Below are positions 11,232-25,332 of a stretch of 37,101 nucleotides of DNA, piece after piece. Under the pieces are notes generated by a model that searched no databases, was not told the origin of the DNA, and saw only the letters and a program-made list of their open reading frames with translations. The position numbers and the translations under genes are program-made. Position 1 is the stretch's first letter. Each line of letters begins with the position of its first letter. The DNA is taken from contig LWCA01000240.1 of NCBI GenBank assembly GCA_001642005.1, forward strand, positions 1-37,101, read 5' to 3'. The DNA comes from Intoshia linei (taxonomy: Eukaryota > Animalia > Orthonectida).

Positions 11232-14200
11232 TTAATAATGAATTTGAAGAGTCTGGAGACAGTATAGATAATGAGCCAGAAGGTAATTAAAAAAATTATA
11301 ATGATAATTAATTAATTAGACATACAAAAAGCAAAAGAACAGGAAATAAAGAATTTTCAGTTAAATATATACAACCAAGCATGTATCAACTTAAATGTTC
11401 CCTACGTATCTGCATATCGACGTCAAATTAATAATAAAATAATGGATCTATCTTATTGTAGTATAGACTCTGAAAAATTTAAACCTTGTGCTATATCATT
11501 AATGGTATAGTATAAAATCAATTGTAAAGTATTCGTTCTAGTTTTCCATTGCATTCAATTTTTATTAGAAAATTTTTCATATCCTGCTCCAGAATTAAAC
11601 CAATCTACTCCGAGAACCTCATCGGCTCCAACGAAATAATTTTACAATGGTGGCATCACTTTACCAAATTGAGAATTTAAAACAATGTGACATTTTTCAA
11701 TATCATAACTATCAAGTCCAAGCCCGTGTCAAGATAAGTAAGGACAACATGATATTACACATATGATAATACTTTTGCAGGAGCCTATTTTTAATACCCG
11801 AAAGCTTCGAGCATGATAGATTAGACTCTGACTTGGTCACTTATTAAAAAAACATTTCCCATGAAATTCGTGACGATGTATTACCCTTAAGGAAAAAATC
11901 ACCTCTTACCAATTTTTTTTTATGAAAAATACCTTTCTCTGATCCCAAAAGAAAAAACTTAATTTTACTAACCCTTAAGGAAAAACCCGATTTTACCAAT
12001 AGTTTTCTGAAAAATCCCATTTTACCAAAAATTAATATTTTAAAAATAATACAATAAATAAAATAATTCAAATTGTTCAGAGGTTGCACATTCCCCACCA
12101 CTGGAATAACGAAATTGCAGAGGAATTTTCGTTTATTTTGAATCAACGTTAGACCTAACAAAAATTTTAAATTGATATATTCGTGACATTAGATAATTAT
12201 AGATATTCAAAGTATCTAACCGGATATTTTAGTCAAATACCAATATTGAAGAAATAAACCTCTCTGATAATCGAATATGTGATATTGGATGCTATTATTT
12301 GAGTAATTCTCTCAAAGAAAATGTCAGTCTCCGTGTACTGGTAATGATTAACTAAAGCATAAATTTCAAAAATATTAAAAACCATCATTTATTTAAATGC
12401 AATGTCACATGTCTTTTAGACAGTTGCAAGCTGCAACGGTTAAAATTAAAATGTATTATTTTACTTAAAATTCATTTTTTTGAAATAACATTACTTTCTA
12501 TAAGTAAAAATTGTTTAAAGGATTGATTGTAAGCAAATTGTTTCATTAAAATTGATATTCAATAAATGTCAATGAATTTAAAAAAAACACATTTTTTAGA
12601 GTTACTGACATATTTTTTGAAATAAATGGTAACACAAAATTTACTTGTAATTTTTGAAATTTGAAATTTTTGTGGATTTCTCTAAGGAAAAGATTTTTTC
12701 TCCCAATTTATAAATATTTTGAAAATAAGTTTGGGACAATTTTTTGTGGTGTTTTTAATAAAAAATTTGTTTCTACCATATTCTAAATATTATAAAGATG
12801 GGTTTTTAGAGCAGTGGTTCCCACTCTTTTTTCACACGGACCGTTAATTTACTATGAAATTTATCACAGACCACTAAAATCAAATTACAAAATGTACTTG
12901 CAAAAATTTAAAAAAATACGATATTATACTACAATATTATAGTATTTTAATTTTCAAAAAAATTTTCCACGAACCGGTAAAATTATTTCCAGACTGGCAT
13001 TTGGGAACCGCTTTTTTTGAGCATATTTTTTCTTTTAATTTTTAAAGATTTTAAAAATAATTTTGGGAATTAATTTTGTAGGGCTTTACAAAGATTTTTA
13101 GCATTTTAGTAGATAAACCCTAAAAAATTTTTGAAAAAGAGATGAATAAATCAATATAAATTTCGTCAAAAAATCAATAATATGATTAATCAAGAAAGTA
13201 AATGCTGATTTAATTAATTAAAAAAATAAAATAGACATTTAAAATATTTGAATCAAACCTAATTTCATTTAGATCTTTTCAAATAATTCAATCAAAACGG
13301 AAGGCTTACGATATTTATGCCAATCCCTCAAATACAATACATTAATTACCGATCTTGATATATCAGGTATGTTTTTGGTTAATTCCCAAAATGTGTGTTA
13401 TAAATAATTACATACATTATTTCACGGCGTGGAACAAGGTCTCCACGGCCCTGAATTATGATAATGCAATTTATTTGAAACTTGTGTTTAGGAAACAATT
13501 TTTACGAAAAAGATTTGAATTATCTTGTAGATTTATTTTCGGTGATATTTTTTAATCTATTTATTCTATACTTTATACTTGATTTATTTTGTTATTTCTA
13601 CATGTCAGAAATTACATTAAAATTTAATTTAAATACAAATGTACTAACCAGCTTTTATTATGATTTTTAAAGTTACAGATTTGAACAAAAATGTTAACAA
13701 ATGTTTTTGTAAAAACTAACAAACATTTTAGTATAACAGAACATTAGTATACCTCAAATTAAGTAATAATAGAATATCAATCAAAGGAGGACTCTTAATA
13801 GCCAAAATTATAGGTATTTTAGTATTTAAAACATTATTTGTAGTTGTGTTCATGGCCATCAAAATTATTCATTAATTGCATACATACAATATGTACGTGT
13901 CTTAAGTAAAAATATTTTTGATAATGAAAATTCACGTAAAATCTCATTTAAGAATGAAACTTTAATTATTAATATTTGCAATAGCCGTAAAATCAAGTTT
14001 GGAAATATTAGACTTATCATGGAACAATATTCGCTTAGAAGGCGCTACATCCATTTGCAAATCCTTAGGGGTAAATTTTCACAATCCTTACTTATATAAA
14101 TTGAACCTGTATTTAAATACTAAATACTTTATTTCATCTTAGAAAAACAGCAGTTTAAAAGAATTGAACTTGGGATGGAATGGTATCTTCCTAAGTGGCT

Positions 14201-15292
14201 GTATATATTTATCACAATCATTGCGACAAAATCAAACATTGGTTCATTTAAACATTTCAAACAATAGATTAAATATGGAATGCATAGGTCATATATTTAA
14301 AGGCATTGAGCAGAACAATACACTTGAGATTTTAAATGTATTAAAATTATACTTATAAGATTATTAGTCAATTGCTCCTAGATTGATAACAACCCCATAA
14401 CCATTATTGGAATAGAGTTTATATTAAAATGTGTAAAAGAATCTGTCAACCAAAGTTTAACAAAAATTGATTTTAAGGTAACAAATTCATTTACATTATT
14501 AATCAAACAATTTTTAATATAATTCTATTCAGTCCCATTCCATCAGTGAAGCTATACTGAAAACCATATTGGAAATATCTAATAAACAAAATATCAAATT
14601 TGATCATGGAAAGGTGTATTGGAATTGTAAACCCAAATCAAATGAAACTAGGTATGTTGATGAATACGCGCTATTGGATTCTGAACCATTGATGGTATGG
14701 TGAATTTTGTAATTGATTATATGCAACTAAAATGCGATATAGGTTTTACTTGAATATGTGAGACTGTCTGGGTTAAGACTATTAGATTTTTTTTCGTCGT
14801 TAGATAAAGATGGCAGCAAATCATTGACTACTGAGGAATTTACGGAAGGCATTAAGGTATCATGTGCCATAAATTCATCAATGTATATTTAGAGCATTGA
14901 TATACCCTTATCTCAAGTGTAAGTAATATGCTTCAAATCATAAGTTGTACTTTTAGAGGAATCAGCAGGTTAATTAAAAAATTAGACGTCGACGGAGACG
15001 GAGAAGTGGATTATTCGTAATAAGTAGATCATTTACATTAAAAACTTAACGTAGAGAATTACTCGAAGGTCAAAAAGAACATAAAATAAAATATAGGAAA
15101 ATGATGGAACTATCAAAATCTATTCCGATTGAAATGACAGAAATTGGTAGAATTTGTGCGAAACTAGCCTACGTTATGAAAAATCGAAATTACAAAAGAA
15201 TAGCAAGGATAAATAGCTACTATGATATTAACAGTAGTATTACACATACAACCGCAAAAATAAAACAATTGAACAATATTATTAATTATTAA
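11232..15292 (+). CDS. LRRC74: LRRC74-like leucine-rich repeat (RNI-like) protein with C-terminal EF-hand pair; start uncertain (9567, 11137 or 11155)
   Basis: Exons translate to IYNQACINLNVPYVSAYRRQ...MDLSYCSI...|SNTNIEEINLSDNRICDIGCYYLSNSLKEN|...LDISG|NNF...|LKLSNNRISIKGG|LEILDLSWNNIRLEGA|LKELNLGWNGI...LNISNNRL|...EPLM|VLLEYVRLSGLRLLDFFSSLDKDGSKSLTTEEF...LDVDGDGEVDYS|E. Confidence 0.85.
11525..11760 (-). pseudogene. Degenerate retroviral-type aspartic protease (LTR retrotransposon pol fragment) in an LRRC74 intron
   Basis: The minus strand gives HVVLTYLDTGLDLIVM (D-T-G active-site motif). After a frameshift and a stop it gives FVGADEVLGVDWF, matching the ILGxDWL motif of retropepsins. Confidence 0.55.
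12812..13013. mobile_element. hAT-type MITE (202 bp) in an LRRC74 intron
   Basis: Terminal inverted repeats (TIRs) cagtggttccca / tgggaaccgctt; flanks ttttagag / tttttgag (7 of 8 TSD positions match). Confidence 0.75.
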
Positions 15293-15332
15293 ATCGTACG
15301 TTTTTATTTTTTATTTGTTATTATAAAATTAT

Positions 15333-18300
15333 TTAACATTTTTTACATACAAAGTTTGCACATTTGTAAATATACTGTAACATTGAATCTTTATCACAAA
15401 CGTACGAACAAGGTATATCCAGTTTTTCATACTATCAATAAATTATATTACATATGTTTTTATTTCGTAAAACCCACTTAATGATTTTGCACTCAAAATT
15501 ACTAAATAATTTGAAGGCCAGTTTTAAAATGGCCGCAGTAACATGTTGATATTAGTGATGACAATTTAGCGATAAAAAATTAAAAAATCTAAATTAACAT
15601 CTATGTACTATGAATTGTTTACATGTACAATAGGGTGTCCACTTTTTATCTTTTTTTATTAGAAAACCCAATTTTGCACGTGGTTGCCTTTTTTGGTTTT
15701 AAGTATTTATCTAAAATAATGAAATTGGTTATTATTTACCTCCTCAAATGTAATTATTTAATTCATACAAAAATGTTACCATAAATATAAAATATTATAT
15801 ACGTAAGGATAACTAACATGTAATAAGTCAATTAATAACATTTTAAATATTAATAATACTATTAATAAGTAATATATTAATTGCAGTAACTTCAATAACA
15901 TACTTAATAAATTAACATAATTTATTCAGTATAGAATCCAGATCAGGGGTGCACATTGCACAACCTGCGATCGTATGGCCGCATGCGGCCTGAGAGCGTT
16001 TATTTTCGGCCGTGGGTAATCCATATGATCACAATACAATATATCATTTTACTTCAACTTTAAAATTAAATAGTTTAAATCAGATTTTATTCAATAGTTA
16101 CATTTTTGACTTTGGCCCCTTTTTCAATGTCAAAGTAACTATACTAACGATATAACTATACTATGGTTTTACTTCATGTAATTGTTTATCATGCTTATCA
16201 TGATTCATGCTATGTGGGACATTTTCTTAATTTAAATACAGTTCTAACATATTTATTTTGGTTTTTAATGATGTTTGAATTCCTCACAATTAACCCCAAA
16301 AACTATAAATAAAGATAATTATACAAACTCAAAATGAATTTCGTAAAAAACAAAATAAATGAGCTAGAACTGAATTTAAATTAAATTTAATTCCAATTTA
16401 CCGTAAATTTAAATCCAATTTTTTCAATCATCAACTTTAATTCATCAAAATTTCTAAAATAAAATAAGCCCAAAAACAATAAAACATCATGAATAATTTG
16501 AAATAAAACTGTGAAGGAGCCTAGTACTTAATTTTAATGTAATATAACACAATACATAGCACCACAAAAAAGTTATTTGTAAATATGGCATACTGTTCAC
16601 TACGCCCGGACCCAACAAACAACTTAAGTACATTGTAAGTAATAAACTACAATTCTATAGAAGCTTCTTTTGGCATATTGTCAAAATGGTATAATAAAGG
16701 ACCTAAATGCATTAGTCATATATCTTTAACAAAAAATGTACCAAAATTAATCCAATAACCGCCTGGTTTGAGAATATCGAATATAGCTTCACAATAATCA
16801 ACAACATTATGAGCTGTATCAATAAAAAAAATAGTGACGATACAATCATATTTTTCTAGACGAAAATACAAATGTATAGACAAAAAATAAGATAATACCA
16901 GCGTCATTTGCATAAACTTCCAGAAACTCGCCAGCAGTGAATGACATTCTGTTTTTTAAATCCACCTGAGAAATATCGACATCGGGAAACTTGACTCCTT
17001 TCAATTGATTTTGTAAATTGGTTTGATTTGAAAAATCCAACAACCAAGGATATATAGTGCACTCGTTTCGTTTGAGCTTTCTGGTATAGAGATAAAGAAT
17101 AATAAAAACTAATATTTGAGAAAAATAAAATTTTACTTATTCAAAATAAAATTGGACGTAAGAAGCCTACAAAGATTATAATAAGATTCAAAATATCGTA
17201 CATGTGCAAGCTAAATTCGTTTCCTTCCGTATAATATCCTAATTTGGCCAACTCAAAGACAATTCGACCTAAACCAGCACCAGGCACCAAAATGTTAATT
17301 TTCTGGTTTGGTTCGTTGTCGATTAATCTGTTTAAATAGTTTTGTATTTTTATACTTAAGAATACTCAATTGGAATTAAATCCTTAACAAATTGTATCAC
17401 AATGTCATAGCATTTAATTCTTTCGGTAGCTCCTTCGTCTGACCAATCTCGCATTATTTGCTTGAAACAACTAACAACCTTGTCCATGAATGTAACATTG
17501 TATTTTCGATTCTTATTTCAATATATGAATTTTAAACATTACATAATAGAGTCTTGCACAGGCCGAAATGTTGCATTATAACCTGCCCTAATTTTTTTTA
17601 GCTTACGATCAGTTACGACAATGAGAAGTCCATTTTTTCAGTTTTCATCGATTTTTTTTAATGTTGCCTAGTAATTTCACTTAAATAATCCGCGATAAAT
17701 TTTATAATTTATTACTGAATTGTCCACCGTAAAAAAATCCTGGGAACCGAGTTCTACCCCATGGATCGGCAATCAGTAACCCGCGGACCAAAAGTTGCTC
17801 ACAGAATAATTTTGGTGATCTTTTGAGTAAATATGTAAATAATTTAATTTTCAAATTATCTACTATAATTACTTCATTATAATCATTTTAATATTGAATT
17901 TTCAGATAGCCATAGATATACACAACCGTTTCTTTTCCGTTAAATTAAAATGCATCATTTGTAAATATTTAAAAATGAGACTAGAATTTTTGTAATATAA
18001 AAAGTTAGTCACGATATGCAAAAGGTTGCCTACCCATGTTCTATATATTACCATTACCCATAGACAGCAACGATATGCAATTATTATAATTATTAGTTCT
18101 TAATTAATTTGAATTTCTTTTGAATAGTTCCAATACAAAAAAATATGTAAATAATTCAAATAAAAATTTTTAACTTATCCATATTCCAACAATATTTCCG
18201 TTTGACCCATTGCTAGGTTTAATACATAATACCTCATTATTTATATGGCAACAATCTGAACCATCAAACAAGTCCAAAATTTTTTGATTTTCCAATATTA

Positions 18301-18542
18301 ACTTTTCCACACTTGAGATTTTTTCACGAAATAATAGTTTTATATAATTTCTTTGTCTGTCTGGTAAATGGTACCAACAATTTTTCAGTTTCATTAGTCT
18401 TTTATTACAATATGAACTAAATTGAAGTGATTGGTTAAATATGCAGCCACAGAAAGAAACTGTACCTGTAACATTTAAAAGAATGAACAATGTCTCTGAA
18501 GTGTTGTTCCTCGTTATTTTCAACTTGGTTTTTCTTTTCCAT
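15333..18542 (-). CDS. CARNMT1: Carnosine N-methyltransferase (N2227-like family)
   Basis: [25 protein letters not shown]|...[23 protein letters not shown]...|[31 protein letters not shown]|LLTSNFILN|...IYPWL...KFPDV...[12 protein letters not shown]|[19 protein letters not shown]...[11 protein letters not shown]|PLLYHF...SIEL|...[18 protein letters not shown]. Confidence 0.93.
15944..16015 (+). mobile_element. hAT/Charlie-like terminal fragment in a CARNMT1 intron
   Basis: caggggt...caacctgcgatcgtatggccgcatgcggcc is a typical Charlie/SPIN-like subterminal sequence. The partner end was not identified. Confidence 0.5.
17760..18038. mobile_element. hAT-type MITE in a CARNMT1 intron
   Basis: TIRs catggatcggcaa / ttgcctacccatg (11 of 13 match); flanks ttctaccc / ttctatat (degenerate TSD). 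Confidence 0.6.
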
Positions 18543-19242
18543 TTCCAATAAAGATTTGTTTAAATTGAATCAAGTGTATTCGACTCGAATAAATTACAAA
18601 ATTAAACCACAAGCGATTCTCATTATTTTAAGTAGCGCCATTAGATAATGTTGAGATTAATGAAAACCAAAGCTGAACCTAGCGTACCTCTAGACACTTG
18701 TGCGGTGTCATTTTTCCAAATTGAGCAATAAAAAATTACTGAATCAAAACCCTTGCAAGGTTCTTCTAGGGGTTATATGAGAACGTCTTCTTTGCGAAAA
18801 AAAATTTAGTAGCCATTCATTTTCATTTTCGTGTCATTAGCTTGGTAGGTAGCTCTGGTTGAAGCACCTTATCAATTTTTGGATCTCAAATATACAATTA
18901 AACTTTGGGTCCATTTTGGATGAAATACTAAAACTTTACGTGAAATATTTGAGTGGGCACAATTTCACATTTTACTGAATCATTTTGAATTAATTGTACT
19001 TATTTGTATAAGTATTAACAAAATACAACGTATTTCATAAAATTGAATGTTTTATCCATTTATTTCAAAAACTAAGAATCCTAGAACTTTAAAAATAACA
19101 GTTTATTCCGTTTATCATAAATATCAATATCCATACATAACATGCTCTTAGTTAAAAACGCATTTTATCATTTCATAATCGCAGATTCTTATCAGTACAG
19201 AGCACAAGATAAAATTGAAAACAATAAAATACAATAAATAAT

Positions 19243-20742
<1,500 letters not shown>

Positions 20743-20821
20743 ATCCTCGGTTTATAAATATTTACAAAATTATAAATTATGCACGCTTTCAGAATAATCA
20801 AAACTTTTGCTCAAATAGAAA

Positions 20822-21965
20822 TGTAACTTTGGTGAATGCATTGTATGATCTTAAATATAATATCGTTAGGATATTTTCGATATATTTAGGATATTATATT
20901 ACAGAAACTAAGCTGGAGTCTTGTGATAACAATTATAATGGTGCCAAGGGGGTTAAAACATTGTTATTGCAAGCGTGGTGAATTGGAAAATGATTTTATG
21001 GTGAAGTGTGATATTTGTAAGGATTGATTTCATGGAGATTGTGTAAAGTTGACAAAAAAGGAGGTGGATAAAATGGATGAATTTAGGTGTAAAAATTCTG
21101 AAAAGAAATGTATAAATAGTGGTAAATGACAGGTTAGGGTGCCGCAGAAATTTAATAGTTATGTGATAGAGAAAAGCAAGAATTAGAAAAAAAATTGGTG
21201 GAAAAATAAGGAATTTTTCGAGAGTTAATGTGAAAAAAAAAAAATTGCATATAAATGAATTGGTTAGAATCTTTAGTTTAATGGAGTTTAGTCGTTTTGA
21301 TACATTGTCACCCATTTTATCATTAGAACGCTTTTCATTGTTAAATTTTGAAGATAAATTTAAAAAAAATCCAATATCTTTAATTAATTGATGATGATGC
21401 AGATGAGGCAATATTTGATTTTGAAAGATTATTGTGGAAATTTGGTGAAATATATTATGATCATTAGTATATTAAATAAATATGAGTTGAAAGAATTCAA
21501 TTTTTTAAATTTTATTTTAATGAATGGAGTCGTTAGTGGTGTGAAGTTTAGTTATAAAATTAAACATGGTGATAGATCCCAGCCTATTCGGTGCTATGGG
21601 TGTGGATTTTATGGACACATATCTTATATTTGTCCTAGAAATAAGAGACAGTAAGGTGATTAAGTTGAGGAGAGGGACCTAAATGTCCTAAAACTTTTCG
21701 ACAACCTGAGTCGTTAAAATAATTTACCTAAATGTGATTAAACTTATCGACCGAAACATCGTTAAAAATGCAAGTTTTGCTGTTTGGTTGTTGGGTACCC
21801 GCGCTTAGTGCCATGGTGCAAAATAATGTTAAAGATTGTGATGCAGTGAAGATTAATATAAATTGAAAGAGGTGTTATATAATTAGTTGTTAAATTGTAT
21901 CTAAAGTGATTACTATGATTTTGTACGACAATAAATGTTTAATTTCTAAAAATCTTGAAATAACA
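20822..21965 (+). mobile_element. Decayed LTR-retrotransposon-like element with PHD finger and CCHC-knuckle Gag-like ORF
   Basis: A TG...CA segment (20822-20931) is followed by a primer-binding-site (PBS)-like tggtgccaaggggg. The ORF from ATG 20938 reads MVPRGLKHCYCKRGELENDFMVKCDICKD*FHGDCVKLTKKEVDKMDEFRCKNS, and later IRCYGCGFYGHISYICP (CX2CX4HX4C). A purine tract gaaagagg precedes tgttat...aataaa...ataaca (21873-21965). The two putative LTRs are only weakly similar and no TSD was found. Confidence 0.6.
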
Positions 21966-22156
21966 TTACAGTCTTTCTTATTGTAAATATGGAGCTATGC
22001 CTCGTTTCGTTTTGAATACGCAAAAAGAAGATTAAAAGTTTCCAATATCTCAACAGAAAATTGCTAAGAGTGACTAATAAAATGTTATGTAGATAAATTC
22101 ATTTCAAAAAGTTTATTTTCGATACACATTTAAATAATTATAAAATTAACACCATC

Positions 22157-22681
22157 ATGGCTGACAATGAATGTATAAAAGATTTAATGCAAAGGTATAA
22201 TCAACTATTTGTCAATATTCTGAATCAGTATTACAATTATAAAAAAATCGATAAAAACTAAAAACTAATCTTTATAATTACTAAAATAGTCTTTTTTGGA
22301 GTTTGCATCAGTTTCTGATGTGAATAGACGTTTGAGACTTGTAAAAATAATTCACATATAATATGATGAAGGACTAATTTTATAATTTAGAGAAATTGAA
22401 AATACTGTCAACACACCTTTAAAAAAATTGGCCATATCTTCAATGATATCTATATTTGTACTACCTATTGTTTGTTTTTTCATATTTAAAAAAATATTTT
22501 TCGGTAATTGAAAATTGACATTATTATATAACTCTAAATAGATTTCTTACACATGGACCCACACAGTACGAATACAGTTTCAGCAATTGGTGCTGTCATA
22601 ATCATGCATTGCATGGTAGGTTGGTGTTGTTATAGTGCTTGGAAGATTACTGGAAAAGTAAAAACAGACAAACAGGATTAA
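22157..22681 (+). CDS. VMA21: V-ATPase assembly factor VMA21 (3 exons: 22157-22194, 22391-22503, 22542-22681)
   Basis: MADNECIKDLMQR|EIENTVNTPLKKLAISSMISIFVLPIVCFFIFKKIFFD|FLHMDPHSTNTVSAIGAVIIMHCMVGWCCYSAWKITGKVKTDKQD*. Two transmembrane helices, AIxAVxxxH and the C-terminal KQD match animal VMA21. Absent from the ORF track. Confidence 0.85.
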
Positions 22682-22721
22682 CCCCAATCAAAATAAAAAA
22701 TTTATTTACAATTATAAAACA

Positions 22722-24446
22722 TTATTTTGGATTTTTTGTTTTTCCAGAAATTGGATCTCTGTGTAAATTTGATAACTTTCTAAGTTTTGCAACAAAAAAA
22801 CCATCAACGTTGTGTTGATGTGGATAAAATCTTTTGGTGAGATTCATAGAAGGATGAAAGTGTTTTGCTCGGAATTTTGTAAACCCTGCAACACCAAAAT
22901 CTTTGAGTCCAGTTTCGACAAGTTTAACGTGTCTATTTTTTAAAGCATATTGTATCACTTCTTCGCATTCTTCTACCATAATTGAGCAAGTAGAGTAGAC
23001 AATTATTGCACCTGTACTAGATTTGTAACTACAACAATCAATTGCACTCATAATTAACTCTTTTTGAAGGTGAGCACATCGATAAATTTCTTTCTCGGTT
23101 TTTGAAAATTTTACACTGGGATCTTTAGATATGACTCCAGTTCCAGAACTAAATATAAATCTTAGTTGTTAAAATTAAAATTAAAATACCATGGAGAGTC
23201 TAATAAAACTCGATCAAAAGTACTGGGAAACATGGTGGATAATTTTCTACCTTCATGGCAAATAATTGCAACATTCATGAGACCCATCCTGTGACAATTT
23301 CCAATGACCGCCTTAGCTCGATCTTCATTGATATCATTTGCATAAATTTCTCCTTCGTTTTTCATGAGCTAGAAATATAAAAGTAAAATATATAATAGAC
23401 AATATTACTTGTCCAATGAATGTAGTTTTTCCTCCAGGCGCCGCAGCTACATCTAAAACGCGTTCTCCTGGTCTCGGGTTAAGCGCCAACACAGCCGCCA
23501 TACTGCTAGCGCCTTGTATTGTGTAGTATCCAGATAAATATTCAGGTGTTGCTCCTAATGGAACCTTGCTACTGTACACAACCAATCCAACACTATTCCA
23601 CTCACCAAGTGGGTCTAAATTGACACCTCGATTAATCAAGACCTCCGCCAATTGTTTTCGTTTCGTTTTCAATGTATTGGTTCGTAAAGTAGTTGGACGT
23701 GGGTGATCCGTTGCGTCCAAAAATTCAATTATATCAAGCAAAAAAAGATGAATAAATTGGGTCATTAAATATTCATTATATCCGTAAATATGTCTAAGGT
23801 TGTAAATTAAACGATCCACATATTCGCTTCTTTTAGTATCTGGGTCCGATCTGTTGGCGAAATCTCCCAAAACTTGTACTATTTCCATGCAAGACTCTCT
23901 AGACTCCTCCATATCAAAATTTTCTGGTATAATCAAAGTATTTTCTTCATTTTCTGTGAATGCAATTTCTGGTAGTTGATATCGAGTTGCATGAATTTTT
24001 ACTTCATCCATTTCATCAATAGCGTCTTTTGCAACCATTTCACGTTTTTCATCTTCAATTATAGCCGCCTTTTCAACCGGTAACATTTCATTCATATATA
24101 TTTCTACATCCTCCAGAATATCTCTCTTGGTGGTTTCATTTGGGTCGTTTTCTATTACTGGTTCTTTCAACTCAGGGGTAATTGTTTTGGCAGGTTTTAA
24201 AATACTTTTCAAGGGTTTATCGAGTTTTTTAGATTCCACTATAATTTTCATTTGCTTTTTGACAATATTTTTCTTTTTCAATTTACGTAAACTTCCTAAA
24301 AGTATTTGTAAACATTTATATTTTTTTTAACCTTTTGATAGCGTTTTAGGTATCGAAACTTTGGTTTCTACTTGTTGACCCTTTGGTTTTCGTCTAATTG
24401 ATCTATTTCTCGTTTTGTTTTCATTTACTGCAAATTTTCTTCCCAT
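22722..24446 (-). CDS. NOP2: 28S rRNA (cytosine-C5)-methyltransferase NOP2/NSUN1
   Basis: MGRKF...; PRPTTLRTNTLKTKRKQLAEVLINRGVNLDP...PLGATPEYLSGYY...VLDVAAAPGGKTT; FDRVLLDSPC|SGTGV; IVYSTCSIMVEE; TKRFYPHQHNVDGFFVAKLRK. Confidence 0.96.
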
Positions 24447-25332
24447 ATTCACGTGCAATAAATTTTAATAATAACTATAACTTTATTTCAACCGTATTTT
24501 TAATTACAAGTTATTTTAAATTGTATTTATTATCGGTCAAGTGACTGTTTGGTTAATTTTATGATTATTCTTTATGCACCACGCTTAATTTGTTTTATGA
24601 TGTATAAATGAAGTTTTCTGAAGGAATCACTTTTCAATTGTATATATTTTTTAAAATTTGCATGACGGGTGATAAAATGGGCGTGTGCATCTTAGACTGT
24701 CAAAATATAAAATTGTGTCAAAATTTACACCAGTTACATTATTAGAATCTGTTTTTAAAAATGGTAGCACCTTCTAATTTTGCATAAACAACAAATATAT
24801 TAAACATGAGCTAATTTAAATTATGAATTGCTTATTAAAAATTGTAGCATTTAAAACAATATAAATACATGGATTCAATGTTAAAGTTAAGTAGGTGTTT
24901 AAAATTTGCACAAATTGCATTATTGGGAACACGTCAATAAATAATTGTCTATTAGTGCAAGACTAGTCTTCAATTGCTTTATTTTAATTACAACTGCGAG
25001 TAAACCACAAATAAATTATATTAGTTTATATTCCCTAATTACATCCGTTTTAATAAATATTTTAATGTAACTTTGAATTTGCTTTATTTAAATCAGTTGC
25101 AAACACATTCGTGTTCCAGATTATATATGGTATTGCTGTAGACGACTAGTATCAATTAGATCGAAATAATTATTATTAATTCAAATTAAAAATATTAGGA
25201 ATTGACATATGAATAAATTAGTTTTTATATTTAAAATAGATACAACATAAGTTTATTGATTTCCATTAAAATTAATGCTAACTAAATCATAATTGTAATT
25301 TGATAAATTATTTTGAATCGATTGCAAGTATT

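Noticed and set aside
18569-18578. atcaagtgta match to U2 snRNA, and ctttgcg...gtagcca resemblance to U4 near 18790
   Set aside because: The matches are short and the flanking snRNA sequence is absent.
21025-21027. TGA at the conserved Trp of the PHD finger, suggesting UGA=Trp recoding
   Set aside because: Host genes use TGG for Trp and the LMO7-like gene ends in TGA. The Tc1 remnant shows the analogous TGG to TAG change, so this is ordinary decay.
20953-21411. Track ORFs such as 20953-21411(-), 30784-31281(-), 31823-32104(-), 8595-8855(+), 11844-12161(-) and 27586-27831(+)
   Set aside because: These are antisense shadows of real exons or low-complexity repeat translations without motifs.
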